Part shown: in pieces, positions 19,001 to 27,517 of the stretch
Numbering within the stretch: the first letter of the stretch is position 1
How the letters are laid out: each line of letters begins with the position of its first letter
Assembly (NCBI GenBank): GCA_002441245.1
Contig: DJVP01000001.1
Coordinates: 65,215 to 129,214 of the forward strand
Length of the DNA stretch: 64,000 bases
Reading direction: 5' to 3'
Source: Candidatus Omnitrophica bacterium UBA6253
GTDB lineage: Bacteria > Omnitrophota > Gorgyraeia > Gygaellales > Profunditerraquicolaceae
The notes under the pieces: generated by a model
What the model saw: the letters and a program-made list of their open reading frames with translations, nothing else
What the model was told of the DNA's origin: nothing
The model's database searches: none
Translations under genes and position numbers: made by a program

Positions 19001-19206
19001 ATAGCCTGATCCTTATCTTTGATTCCGAAACTTGAAATGCACTGTCCGCGGTTAACATAAAAAACCCACATAGGGATGCCGTATTTTCCTGCTATACCGG
19101 GGAAAAAATTTGCAAAAGGCCTGGAGTAATTATAATTTTCAATAACAAACTGGCCTTGTTTGTTTAAATAATATTTTACTTTTAATTTAGAGGTATTTTT
19201 ATTCAT
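16009..19206 (-). CDS. Large cytoplasmic glycoside hydrolase/phosphorylase-like protein (the family often annotated 'cellobiose phosphorylase'-like; family assignment is uncertain)
   Basis: 1065-aa ORF with no signal peptide. The size and sequence character resemble multi-domain (alpha/alpha)6-barrel phosphorylase/hydrolase proteins. I cannot verify the family by eye. Confidence 0.3.
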   Translation of the reverse strand: MNKNTSKLKVKYYLNKQGQFVIENYNYSRPFANFFPGIAGKYGIPMWVFYVNRGQCISSFGIKDKDQAILEFFPANKSWQLVSTQGFRTFIKIKTSKAPLYYEPFHNGYLNLKYRITNSLRIDSSQLIIEEENKTLGIKTRIEYFNIPNDTYAGLSRIVSIENIGNKHKSVELIDGLPQIVPFGTHNFFLKKLGRTIEAWMNIDNLENDIPFYKLAVDPADRPEVVHIDGGNFYLGFHFKGTKAEIIRPIVDPEAVFGAVTDFSYPAQFLANSKFPYPAKQMTKSKTPSALLLMNMELKPGEQKIFYSIIGQARNVKTLNTSVPKITKFGYIEKKSNENLELIRRLKNNVLTESSSKEFNLYSGQTYLDNIMRGGYPEIFKSGLVFYLYSRKHGDLERDYNKFQLQPTYLSQGNGNYRDINQNRRNDCWFNPEVKDENVIFFMNLLQSDGFNPLVVKPDSFLLKENLNLYKLLEAIADKNDIKVLEPYLRKPFTPGELIFFVEENKINLNTSYDHFLDIVLSSALKTQEAEHGEGFWTDHWTYNLDLIDSYLGIYPEKSNELFFEKKVFAFYDNTEVVRPRSERYILYNGKPRQLHCLALDSTKKEMLRKRTNNPHLLRTQHGIGEIYYTTLITKLLCLAANKLSSLDPFGIGIEMEAGKPNWFDSLNGLPALFGSSTCETFELKRLLQMIKSSLENSKENEIELAEEILDFIRQLYLILNEEGFSYWDKSNTLKENYRHNNQLGFSGNIAYIETKELLSFINSALEKVETGLNKAFNKSKGVYNSYFINEVVEFDLIKDHYIKPKKFTQIPAPLFLEGQMHALRLSRDAAEALSIYKATKKSLLFDKKLKMYKVTAALNNMPEEIGRCRIFTPGWLENESIWLHMEYKYILEMLKTGLNKEFYTEFKNVLIPFLNPQRYGRSILENSSFLASSAFPDKSLHGNGFVARLSGSTAEFLQIWLTMNTGNNPFYLDNKQLCLEFKPSLPGWLFNRNGEYSFNFLSSIIVTYHNPKRKDTFGKNGAKISKVILFEDGNPIKINSANIPSVYAQKIRSRQINKIDIYLE

Positions 19207-19282
19207 AATAAGTAAAGTTAATTAGTAGTATTTTACAGGTTTTATTTGCTTTGTCAACTTATTCGTATAAGGCAACTGTGCA

Positions 19283-19311
19283 TTGACTTTTAAAACAAAG
19301 GATGTTATCAT
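19283..19311 (+). promoter_or_regulatory. Putative promoter of the gatCAB operon (TTGACT - 17 nt - TATCAT)
   Basis: -35-like at 19283-19288 and -10-like at 19306-19311, in the divergent intergenic region. AGGAGA RBS before the gatC ATG. Confidence 0.3.
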
Positions 19312-19336
19312 AATTAATTAAAATCAGGAGAAAGCG

Positions 19337-19621
19337 ATGATAGATAAAGAGACGGTTGAATATGTTGCGCATTTAGCGCGTATCGAGTTGCAGCCCGAGG
19401 AATTAGAGAAATTATCCCGGCAATTGCATGATATACTGGGTTTTATAGATAAGCTGAGCGTCCTGGATGTGGGGCTTGTTAAGCCCACCAGCCATATTTT
19501 ACCCATAAGCAATGTATTACGGGAAGACGAGCCTCATATTTGCCTGACTCCGGATAAAGCTTTGGAAAACGCCCCAGGTAAAAACGGGAATTTCTTCAGC
19601 GTTCCGAAAATAATAGAATAA
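19337..19621 (+). CDS. gatC: Glu/Asp-tRNA(Gln/Asn) amidotransferase subunit C
   Basis: 94 aa. [18 protein letters not shown] start typical of GatC. Confidence 0.85.
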   Translation: MIDKETVEYVAHLARIELQPEELEKLSRQLHDILGFIDKLSVLDVGLVKPTSHILPISNVLREDEPHICLTPDKALENAPGKNGNFFSVPKIIE

Positions 19622-19623
19622 TT

Positions 19624-21057
19624 ATGGTCTTAAATCAATTTACTGCCCACGAATTGCTGGATAAACTTAAGAATAGCCAGGCTACCCTTAAAGACATATT
19701 GGATTCTATTTATGCGCGCATACAGGAGGTTGAGCCCAAGGTAAAAGCTTATGCCAGGTATAAATCAGTGGATAGGCCCAGGTTAAACCCGCAGTCTAAT
19801 GGCTTGTTTTTTGGTTTACCTGTAACCGTCAAAGATAATATTTGTACCGAAGGATTAAATACAGAATGCTGTTCGAAAATCCTTACCAATTTCCGTCCGC
19901 CATATGATGCAACGGTTATTAATAAGTTAAAAGCCGCTGGCAGCAGTATTTTCCCCTTTAAGGCAAATATGGATGAATTTGCTTTTGGTTCATCCACGGA
20001 GAACTCATATTTTGGAACAACGCATAACCCCTGGAATTTAGAATGTGTTCCCGGCGGTTCTTCTGGCGGTTCAGCTGCTGCTGTTGCCGGTGATGAGGCG
20101 ATTTGGGCATTAGGTTCAGATACAGGAGGCTCAATACGCCAGCCTGCATCTTTTTGCGGTGTGGTAGGGTTAAAACCTACTTATGGCCGTGTTTCGCGTT
20201 TTGGATTGATCGCTTTTGCTTCAAGCCTTGACCAGATTGGCCCGATTACCAAAGATGTAGAAGATGCTGCAATATTAACCCGGATTATCTCAGGTTATGA
20301 CCCCAATGATTCTACCTCAGCGAATAAGGACATACCGGATTACACTGATAGCCTGGGTAAAGATATTAGGGGTTTAAAAATCGGCATCCCTAGGGAATAT
20401 TTTATAGAAGGCATGGATGCGCAGGTCAAATCTGTTATTGAAGAAGCGATAAATAAACTTAAATCCCTGGGCGCGGTTGCAAACCAGGTAACCTTGCCAC
20501 ACACTCAATATGCTGTTCCGGTTTATTACATTATCGCAACAGCAGAAGCCAGTTCGAATTTAGCCAGGTTTGATGGAGTTCAATACGGCTACCGCGCTAA
20601 ATCGGATAGTCTTATTGATATGTATAAGAAAACCCGTGCAGAAGGGTTTGGGGAGGAAGCTAAACGCAGGATAATCTTGGGGACTTTTGCCTTGTCGCAT
20701 GGGTATTACGATGCTTATTATTTACGCGCTTTAAAAGTGCGCACTCTTATAAAAAATGATTTTGATGCGGTTTTTAAGAATTTTGATTGTATCATCACCC
20801 CTACTTCACCTACCCCTGCTTTTAAAATAGGCGAGAGGACACAGGATCCCCTGAAGATGTATCTTTCGGATATATATACTATATCGGTAAATCTGGCGGG
20901 AATACCGGCGATATCCCTGCCCTGCGGATTTACCAAGAACGGGCTTCCTGTGGGGTTACAGATTATGGCTAAGCCATTTAATGAAGAAATGCTTTTTAAA
21001 ATTGCCCATGCCTTTGAACAGAATACGGAATGGCATAAAATTAAACCACGGTTATGA
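19624..21057 (+). CDS. gatA: Glu/Asp-tRNA amidotransferase subunit A (amidase)
   Basis: 477 aa. Amidase signature [12 protein letters not shown], Ser-cisSer-Lys triad region. Confidence 0.9.
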   Translation: MVLNQFTAHELLDKLKNSQATLKDILDSIYARIQEVEPKVKAYARYKSVDRPRLNPQSNGLFFGLPVTVKDNICTEGLNTECCSKILTNFRPPYDATVINKLKAAGSSIFPFKANMDEFAFGSSTENSYFGTTHNPWNLECVPGGSSGGSAAAVAGDEAIWALGSDTGGSIRQPASFCGVVGLKPTYGRVSRFGLIAFASSLDQIGPITKDVEDAAILTRIISGYDPNDSTSANKDIPDYTDSLGKDIRGLKIGIPREYFIEGMDAQVKSVIEEAINKLKSLGAVANQVTLPHTQYAVPVYYIIATAEASSNLARFDGVQYGYRAKSDSLIDMYKKTRAEGFGEEAKRRIILGTFALSHGYYDAYYLRALKVRTLIKNDFDAVFKNFDCIITPTSPTPAFKIGERTQDPLKMYLSDIYTISVNLAGIPAISLPCGFTKNGLPVGLQIMAKPFNEEMLFKIAHAFEQNTEWHKIKPRL

Positions 21058-22487
21058 AATACCAGACAGTTATAGGTTTAGAGGTGCATTTACAGTTAAA
21101 TACTAAAACCAAGGCATTTTGCGGTTGTGCCATTGATTTTGGCAAGACACCTAATTCCGGAGTTTGCCCGGTTTGCCTGGGTTTTCCAGGAACGCTTCCG
21201 GTTTACAATAAAGAGGCATTAAATTCCGCGATTAAACTGGCTTTAGCCTTTTCGTGTGAAATTCAGGAACATACTAAGTTTGACCGCAAAAATTATTTCT
21301 ATCCGGATTTACCAAAAAATTACCAAATTTCCCAGTTTGACCTGCCGCTATCCCGTAATGGCTATTTGGATATAGCCAGCGGGGGTAAAACAAAGCGTAT
21401 AGGGATTACCCGGGTGCATTTAGAGGAGGACGCAGGCAAGCTTATTCATGAAACCAGTTCAAGCCTGGTGGATTTTAACCGCACAGGGGTACCCTTGCTT
21501 GAAATTGTCAGTGAGCCGGATTTATCCAGCCCTCAGGAGGCTTTTGATTATTTAACTAGCTTAAAGAATATTATTGGTTACTTGGATGTCTCTGATTGTG
21601 ATATGGAAAAGGGTTCTTTACGTTGTGACGCCAATATTTCTCTACGGCCTGAGGGGGCCAAAGAATTAGGGGTTAAGACAGAGTTAAAAAACATGAATTC
21701 CTTTAAAGGGGTAAAAGACGCCTTGGCTTTTGAAGTGAGCCGACAGACTGAATTGCTTGAAGCCGGACAGCCTATGACACAGGAAACTCGGCTTTGGGAT
21801 GCAGAAAAGAGTGAGACTGTTTCTATGCGCAGCAAGGAAGGGGCCAAGGATTACAGATACTTTCCTGATCCGGACCTGACAGTTTTTATAATTGACCGAG
21901 AGATGGTTTCCAGGATAAAAACTCAATTACCGGAATTGCCCCGGGAAAAAATGCAGCGTTTTATGCGGGATTATGGTTTATCCGAATATGACGCCAAAAT
22001 TTTAGTCAACTCTAAAAAAGACGCGCAATTTGCCGAAGATTGCATTCAAAAATACCCTGAAAAAGACAAAAAGATTATGGTCAACTGGCTAATCGGTCCC
22101 TTGCTGTCGGAGGCCAATGCCCGGAAATTGAATTTGTACGAGCTGAACATTGATAAAGAGGAGCTGATCAATTTGATCGGTTTTGTGGAGAACCAGTCAA
22201 TCTCACATCTTTCTGCCAAACTTGTATTGACCCAGATGATTGATTCTCAAAAACCAGCTGTCCTGTTAATCAAGGAAAATAATATGCTGCAGATATCCGA
22301 TACTACTGCACTCGAGGAGATTATTGCTGGGGTTATCCTAGAAAATGAAAAATCCGTAAGCAGTTTTAAAGCAGGAAAGACAAACGCGCTTATGTTTTTA
22401 GTTGGGCAGGTTATGAAAAAAAGTGCGGGTAAGGCTAATCCCAAGGTTGTTGGAGAGTTAATAAAGCGGAGGTTGACTGATGCGTAA
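21054..22487 (+). CDS. gatB: Glu/Asp-tRNA amidotransferase subunit B
   Basis: 477 aa. [18 protein letters not shown] start, GatB/YqeY C-terminal domain. Confidence 0.9.
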   Translation: MKYQTVIGLEVHLQLNTKTKAFCGCAIDFGKTPNSGVCPVCLGFPGTLPVYNKEALNSAIKLALAFSCEIQEHTKFDRKNYFYPDLPKNYQISQFDLPLSRNGYLDIASGGKTKRIGITRVHLEEDAGKLIHETSSSLVDFNRTGVPLLEIVSEPDLSSPQEAFDYLTSLKNIIGYLDVSDCDMEKGSLRCDANISLRPEGAKELGVKTELKNMNSFKGVKDALAFEVSRQTELLEAGQPMTQETRLWDAEKSETVSMRSKEGAKDYRYFPDPDLTVFIIDREMVSRIKTQLPELPREKMQRFMRDYGLSEYDAKILVNSKKDAQFAEDCIQKYPEKDKKIMVNWLIGPLLSEANARKLNLYELNIDKEELINLIGFVENQSISHLSAKLVLTQMIDSQKPAVLLIKENNMLQISDTTALEEIIAGVILENEKSVSSFKAGKTNALMFLVGQVMKKSAGKANPKVVGELIKRRLTDA

Positions 22488-23757
22488 GAATATATTGGTT
22501 GGTCTTTTATTAACCGTACTTTTATTTGCAGCCGCTAGAGGGGTATTTTCTGCTAATAAAAATAAAAATCAAGATGATTTATACCGTCAGGTAGAGTTAT
22601 TCTCTGATACCCTGGCGATTATCCATAATGAATATGTTGAAGACACAAAACCTAAAGACCTGATCTATGGTTCGCTGAAGGGCATGCTTGCTTCCCTTGA
22701 TCCTCATAGCCAATTTATGGATCCAGAGACCTACAATGAGTTAAAGGTGGACACAGAAGGAAGATTCGGAGGGCTGGGAATAGAGATTACCATTAAAGAC
22801 GGATTGTTAACTGTGATTACGCCCATTGAGGATACTCCTGCTTGGAAGGCGGGCATAAAAGCAAACGATCATATCGTAAAAATTAATGATGAATTAACGC
22901 GCGAAATGGCCCTTACTGATGCCGTCAAGAAGATGCGCGGCAAGCCAGGCGAGGCGGTCAACCTTACTATATTGAGGGATTCTGCAAAAAAACTCATAGA
23001 TTTTAAGATTACCAGAGATATTATTAAAATCAAGGATATCAAACAAGCCCGTATCCTTGAGGATGGCGTAGGTTATATACGCCTGACTGAATTTCGAGAG
23101 AATACTTTAAAGGATCTAAATAACGCGCTGAGTAACTTATCTAAGCAAAATATGAGCGCTTTGATCATAGACTTGCGCAATAACCCCGGTGGTTTATTGG
23201 ATGTTGCCGTAAAGATAGCCGGAAAATTTATCCCGGCTGACAAAATGATCGCTTATACTAAAGGCAGGAAACAAGAGCAGAATTTTGAATTTTTTTCTGA
23301 TAGTAAAAATGCAATTCTGGATTTGCCCCTGGTAATCCTGATTAATGAAGGTTCTGCTTCGGGTAGTGAAATTGTAGCCGGTGTTTTGCAGGATTATAAA
23401 CGGGCAATAATCATTGGGAAGAAATCTTTTGGCAAGGGTTCAGTTCAAACTGTTATTCCTCTGGGGGATGGCTCGGCATTGCGGTTGACTACTAGCCATT
23501 ATTTTACTCCATCCGGAAAAATAATCCATGGCAAGGGGGTTACTCCTGATATCCTGGTAGAGGCAGCGGAAGATACCGATAACAAGATAGAAAATAAAAA
23601 AGACGGCAAGCTCGACGAAATATTTAAAACAATTGAATTGGGAGACAAAAAGAATAAATCTTCGGAAGAAGCCTTTAATTATAAAAGTGACCCGCAGATA
23701 ATGCGTGCCGTAGATACTCTGACGGCCATAAAGTTTTACAAGCAATCCAGGGAATGA
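22480..23757 (+). CDS. ctpA: Carboxyl-terminal processing protease (S41 family, PDZ-containing)
   Basis: 425 aa. Signal peptide, PDZ domain (GGLGIEI), and the S41 catalytic region (GSASGSEI, KKSFGKGSVQ). Confidence 0.85.
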   Translation: MRKNILVGLLLTVLLFAAARGVFSANKNKNQDDLYRQVELFSDTLAIIHNEYVEDTKPKDLIYGSLKGMLASLDPHSQFMDPETYNELKVDTEGRFGGLGIEITIKDGLLTVITPIEDTPAWKAGIKANDHIVKINDELTREMALTDAVKKMRGKPGEAVNLTILRDSAKKLIDFKITRDIIKIKDIKQARILEDGVGYIRLTEFRENTLKDLNNALSNLSKQNMSALIIDLRNNPGGLLDVAVKIAGKFIPADKMIAYTKGRKQEQNFEFFSDSKNAILDLPLVILINEGSASGSEIVAGVLQDYKRAIIIGKKSFGKGSVQTVIPLGDGSALRLTTSHYFTPSGKIIHGKGVTPDILVEAAEDTDNKIENKKDGKLDEIFKTIELGDKKNKSSEEAFNYKSDPQIMRAVDTLTAIKFYKQSRE

Positions 23758-24521
23758 AAAAGAAACTGATAATTACTATTGCGTTGATTTTGTCGCTTTT
23801 TGTATTTATTGCTGTTATTTTGACTTCAGTTGACAGGAGGTTGACGCGTAAGGCGGTCCCGGCAAAAGGCAGGATCGCTATTGTAATAGATGATTGGGGG
23901 TATAATTTAAATAATCTTGAGATTGCCAAAGAAATAAAACAGCCTTTAACTTGTGCGATTTTGCCGAATCTGAATAATTCCAGGCTGCTTGCGCAAGAAT
24001 TACATAATCTCGGATTTGAAATAATACTGCATTTACCCATGGAGCCTAAAGAAAAATATAGATTGGAGAGAAATACTATTAGGGTATCTATGGATGACGG
24101 GGAGATCCGCAATATTCTTGACCGGGATTTAGCCTCGATTTTATTTGTAAAAGGTATATCTAATCATATGGGGTCGCGTATTACCGAAGATGCCAGGGTT
24201 AGTGCATTAATTATGTCTGAAGCGAAAAAACGCAAGTTGTATTTTCTGGATAGTTTTGTAACAGCTAAATCCGCCTGTCCTTTACTAGCCAGGAAAATCA
24301 AGGTACGCTTTGCCAAAAGAGACATATTTTTAGATAATTTGGATGATCCGAGTTACATAAAAGGCCAGATAATCAAGTTAAGGGATTTAGCTAAGAAAAA
24401 CGGCCAGGCTATCGGCATAGGTCATGACCGCAAGAATACGCTTGTTGCTTTGAAGGAGACTATCCCGCAATTGATTAAGGCAGGATATAAACTCGTTTTT
24501 GTTTCAGAGGTAGCCAAATGA
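23754..24521 (+). CDS. Divergent polysaccharide deacetylase family protein (YibQ-like)
   Basis: 255 aa. N-terminal TM helix followed by a YibQ/PF04748-like domain (HLPMEP, SNHMGSR). The ctp-yibQ adjacency is conserved in many bacteria. Confidence 0.65.
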   Translation: MKKKLIITIALILSLFVFIAVILTSVDRRLTRKAVPAKGRIAIVIDDWGYNLNNLEIAKEIKQPLTCAILPNLNNSRLLAQELHNLGFEIILHLPMEPKEKYRLERNTIRVSMDDGEIRNILDRDLASILFVKGISNHMGSRITEDARVSALIMSEAKKRKLYFLDSFVTAKSACPLLARKIKVRFAKRDIFLDNLDDPSYIKGQIIKLRDLAKKNGQAIGIGHDRKNTLVALKETIPQLIKAGYKLVFVSEVAK

Positions 24522-25504
24522 TCGTATTGGGAATAGAGACATCTTGCGATGAAACCGGGGCCGCTATAGTTAAAGATGGCAGGAAGGTCCTGGCTAATAT
24601 AGTTGTATCAAGCTTAAAGATACATAGTAAATATGGGGGAGTAATACCGGAGATTGCTTCGCGCATGCAGTTGGAAAGTATAACCGGGGTATACTGCGCA
24701 GCAATTAAGGCAGCTAAGATTAAGGCGGAGGAGATTGACTTAATCGCAGTCACTACAGGCCCCGGACTGCCAGGCTCCCTTTTAGTCGGAGTATCTTTTG
24801 CTAAGGCACTGGCATTGAGTTTAGCCAAGCCAGTATTAGGCGTTAACCATGTGTATAGCCATATTTATGCCAACATCCTTTCTTATCGCAACATAAAGCT
24901 TCCCTGTGTAGCCTTAGTGGTTTCCGGTGGCCACACAAGCCTTTTTTATGTTAAAGATTTTTCTAAAATCCAGGTTTTGGGACAAACCCAAGATGATGCC
25001 TGCGGAGAGGCTTTTGATAAAGTAGCTAAAATTATGGGGTTAGGTTACCCTGGAGGCCCGTTAATTGAAAGGCTAGCCAGGAACGGTAATAAAAATAAAA
25101 TTAGATTCGCCTGCTCAGGTACAAAAGATGAGCTGGATTTTAGCTTTAGCGGGATCAAAACCGCTGTTTTATATTATTTAAAAGATAATCCGGTGAAAAT
25201 AAAATCAAGAGGAGATCTTGCTGCTTCTTTTCAGGAGAGCGTTACAGATGTGCTGGTAAGGAAATCTTTACTGGCCTGTAAACGTAAAAAGGTTAAGCAT
25301 CTTTTAATTGGAGGAGGGGTAGCTGCAAATGGCTATTTGCGTCAAAAGTTTATTTCAGCCTCCGGCAATGCTGGGGTTGATTGTTTTTTCCCGGAGATAG
25401 GGTTATGCATGGATAACGCTGCCATGGTTGGCGGACTTGCCTATTTTCTTTATAAGCAAGGCGCAAGGTCCAGCCTTTATTTAAACACACAGCTAAATAA
25501 CTGA
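24518..25504 (+). CDS. tsaD: tRNA N6-adenosine threonylcarbamoyltransferase TsaD
   Basis: 328 aa. ILGIETSCDETGAAIV start, HxxGH (VNHVYSHIYAN) metal site. Confidence 0.9.
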   Translation: MIVLGIETSCDETGAAIVKDGRKVLANIVVSSLKIHSKYGGVIPEIASRMQLESITGVYCAAIKAAKIKAEEIDLIAVTTGPGLPGSLLVGVSFAKALALSLAKPVLGVNHVYSHIYANILSYRNIKLPCVALVVSGGHTSLFYVKDFSKIQVLGQTQDDACGEAFDKVAKIMGLGYPGGPLIERLARNGNKNKIRFACSGTKDELDFSFSGIKTAVLYYLKDNPVKIKSRGDLAASFQESVTDVLVRKSLLACKRKKVKHLLIGGGVAANGYLRQKFISASGNAGVDCFFPEIGLCMDNAAMVGGLAYFLYKQGARSSLYLNTQLNN

Positions 25505-25515
25505 AGGAGGAGTTA

Positions 25516-25983
25516 ATGCCCACTGATTTGCAGATGATTATACGCTTATTATTGACTTTAGTTTTAAGCGGTTTAATCGGCCTTGAACGACAGGTGCATC
25601 GTAGAGATGCTGGATTGCGCACGCATATTTTAGTGGCCCTGGGTTCTTGCCTTATCATGTTGACATCTTTGTATGTTTTTGATATATATAAAGACAAAGT
25701 TTCCCTGGATCCGGCACGTATCGCCGCTGGGGTAATTACGGGAATTGGTTTTTTGGGTGCCGGGACAATTATCCGTGAGCCTGAAAGAGTGAAAGGGCTG
25801 ACTACCGCCGCAAGCTTGTGGGTAGTTTCAGGGATTGGTCTGGCAGTAGGCTGTGGATTTAATGGAATGGCAGTTTATACCACGGCATTGGTCTTGCTGG
25901 TATTATATTCATTACGCTTCATAGAATACCGTCTTTTAAATAACCCTAAGCTTAAAAACAAGGAGGGTAAGCATGGCATTTAA
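25516..25983 (+). CDS. mgtC: MgtC/SapB family membrane protein
   Basis: 155 aa. GLIGLERQVHRRDAGLRTHILVALGS motif of the MgtC family. About 4 TM helices. Confidence 0.8.
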   Translation: MPTDLQMIIRLLLTLVLSGLIGLERQVHRRDAGLRTHILVALGSCLIMLTSLYVFDIYKDKVSLDPARIAAGVITGIGFLGAGTIIREPERVKGLTTAASLWVVSGIGLAVGCGFNGMAVYTTALVLLVLYSLRFIEYRLLNNPKLKNKEGKHGI

Positions 25984-26476
25984 AAAGAAAATGGAGGAAA
26001 AGACTTTAGATGTTGATGCCGCAATGCAGGGGAGCTTAAGTTTTAAGGATCCGGTTAATCTGCGCATTAATGGTAAATTTGAAGGCAATCTTGATACGCG
26101 GGGCAATCTTACCATAGGGTCTACTGCTGTGATTAATGCGGATATTATCGGGGATAATATAATTGTCGGTGGCCGGGTCAAAGGAAAGATTACTGCTAAA
26201 GAAAGGCTTACTCTCCTGCCGCAGGCCATCGTGGAAGGTCATATTTATCCAGCTAGGCTTAATGTAGCTGAAGGTGCTGTCCTGGAGGGGCAGTGTTCGA
26301 TGCTGCATGATTTTCTTAATCCTGAACAGCTGGCAAAGTATCTGGAGGTAGAATTAAATTCAATAATGGAATGGGCTAATTCAGGCAAGATGCCGGCGAA
26401 TAAAGAGGGGGATAACTGGAAGTTTGAACGTAAGGCGATTGATAGCTGGGTTGCCTCGGGAAAAATAGGAAAATAG
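25973..26476 (+). CDS. Bactofilin-domain protein fused to a C-terminal excisionase-type helix-turn-helix (HTH_17-like) domain
   Basis: 167 aa. The central region has the repetitive beta-helix bactofilin pattern (GKFEGNLDTRGNLTIGSTAVINADIIGDNIIVGGRVKGKITAKERLTLLPQAIVEGHIY..). The last roughly 55 aa (YLEVELNSIMEWANSGKMPANKEGDNWKFERKAIDSWV) look like a MerR/excisionase-family HTH. Confidence 0.6.
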   Translation: MAFKKKMEEKTLDVDAAMQGSLSFKDPVNLRINGKFEGNLDTRGNLTIGSTAVINADIIGDNIIVGGRVKGKITAKERLTLLPQAIVEGHIYPARLNVAEGAVLEGQCSMLHDFLNPEQLAKYLEVELNSIMEWANSGKMPANKEGDNWKFERKAIDSWVASGKIGK

Positions 26477-26480
26477 ACCA

Positions 26481-26792
26481 ATGGCTGAAGAAAAATTGCT
26501 TACAGTTAGGGATGTATCGGTTATGCTGGATGTGTTCGAGAAAGATGTTTTGGATTTGGCGGAGAAAGGGGTGATCCCGGCATATAAGATAGGCGGGTTA
26601 TACCTAAGATTTAAAAAAGATCAGGTAGAGCAATATAAAAAAACCCATCATCATGCGCGCCCAGGAGACCAGGCAAAAGAAGAAAGGGCCTTACAGAATA
26701 AGATATGCGATTTTTTTTATTTTAACGATTTCTATATTCTTGCAGTGTTTTTAATAATACTTCTTGGTTTTTTTGTATACCGGGGTTTATAA
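26481..26792 (+). CDS. Excisionase-family HTH protein with a C-terminal transmembrane anchor (paralogous to the C-terminus of the upstream gene)
   Basis: 103 aa. LLTVRDVSVMLDVFEKDVLDLAEKGVIPAYKIGGLYLRFKKDQVEQY resembles HTH_17. The C-terminus FYILAVFLIILLGFFVY is a predicted TM helix. Confidence 0.55.
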   Translation: MAEEKLLTVRDVSVMLDVFEKDVLDLAEKGVIPAYKIGGLYLRFKKDQVEQYKKTHHHARPGDQAKEERALQNKICDFFYFNDFYILAVFLIILLGFFVYRGL

Positions 26793-26797
26793 AATAA

Positions 26798-27475
26798 ATG
26801 TCCGTAAAAAAAGGTTTCTGTGACCTTGGGTTTGCCAAGCTTGACACAGATAGAAAGAAGCGTAGGGGATTTGCGGAAGCAATCTATTGCCCCGGGAAGA
26901 ATAAGGAGCATTTAGAGAAAATAGCCAGGAAGATAATTAAACTAAAAGAAGACCTGCTGTTAACTAAATTAGACAAGGCTACATTTTCTTTTTTAAAAGA
27001 TTCTATCCCTGTTTTAAAATACAATCCCCTGGCGAAAATCGGTTATTATCTAGCTAGGCCTGAGAAGCATTGCAAGGGGCGGGTTTTGGTAATTTCCGCC
27101 GGCACTAGCGACATCCCAATAGCTGAAGAGGCGGCGCAAACCCTGCAGGTGATGGGAAGCCGCGTTGATAAATTGTATGATGTCGGTGTCGCAGGTGTCC
27201 ATAGGTTAATGAACAATATTGGCAAACTGAAAAAAGCCAGGGTAATAATAGTTGTTGCGGGTATGGAAGGGGCATTAGCCAGTTTAGTCAGCGGACTGGC
27301 AAAATCGCCGGTTATTGCCGTTCCGACCAGCTGTGGATACGGTTCCAGTTTTTCCGGTTTAGCCGCACTCTTGTCTATGTTAAACGGATGTTCCCCTGGA
27401 GTCACCGTGGTCAATATTGACAATGGATTTGGCGCTGGTTACTTCGCCAGCTTAATTAATAACTCACGACGCTAA
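26798..27475 (+). CDS. larB: PurE-like AIR-carboxylase family protein (LarB / COG1691-type)
   Basis: 225 aa. C-terminal PurE-like fold with GRVLVISAGTSDIPIAEEA...IIVVAGMEGALASLVSG...PVIAVPTS, typical of the nickel-pincer cofactor biosynthesis protein LarB. Confidence 0.65.
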   Translation: MSVKKGFCDLGFAKLDTDRKKRRGFAEAIYCPGKNKEHLEKIARKIIKLKEDLLLTKLDKATFSFLKDSIPVLKYNPLAKIGYYLARPEKHCKGRVLVISAGTSDIPIAEEAAQTLQVMGSRVDKLYDVGVAGVHRLMNNIGKLKKARVIIVVAGMEGALASLVSGLAKSPVIAVPTSCGYGSSFSGLAALLSMLNGCSPGVTVVNIDNGFGAGYFASLINNSRR

Positions 27476-27517
27476 TGGGCATTACGTTAGCCTGTCCTTA
27501 AGTAACAGGAGATAATT

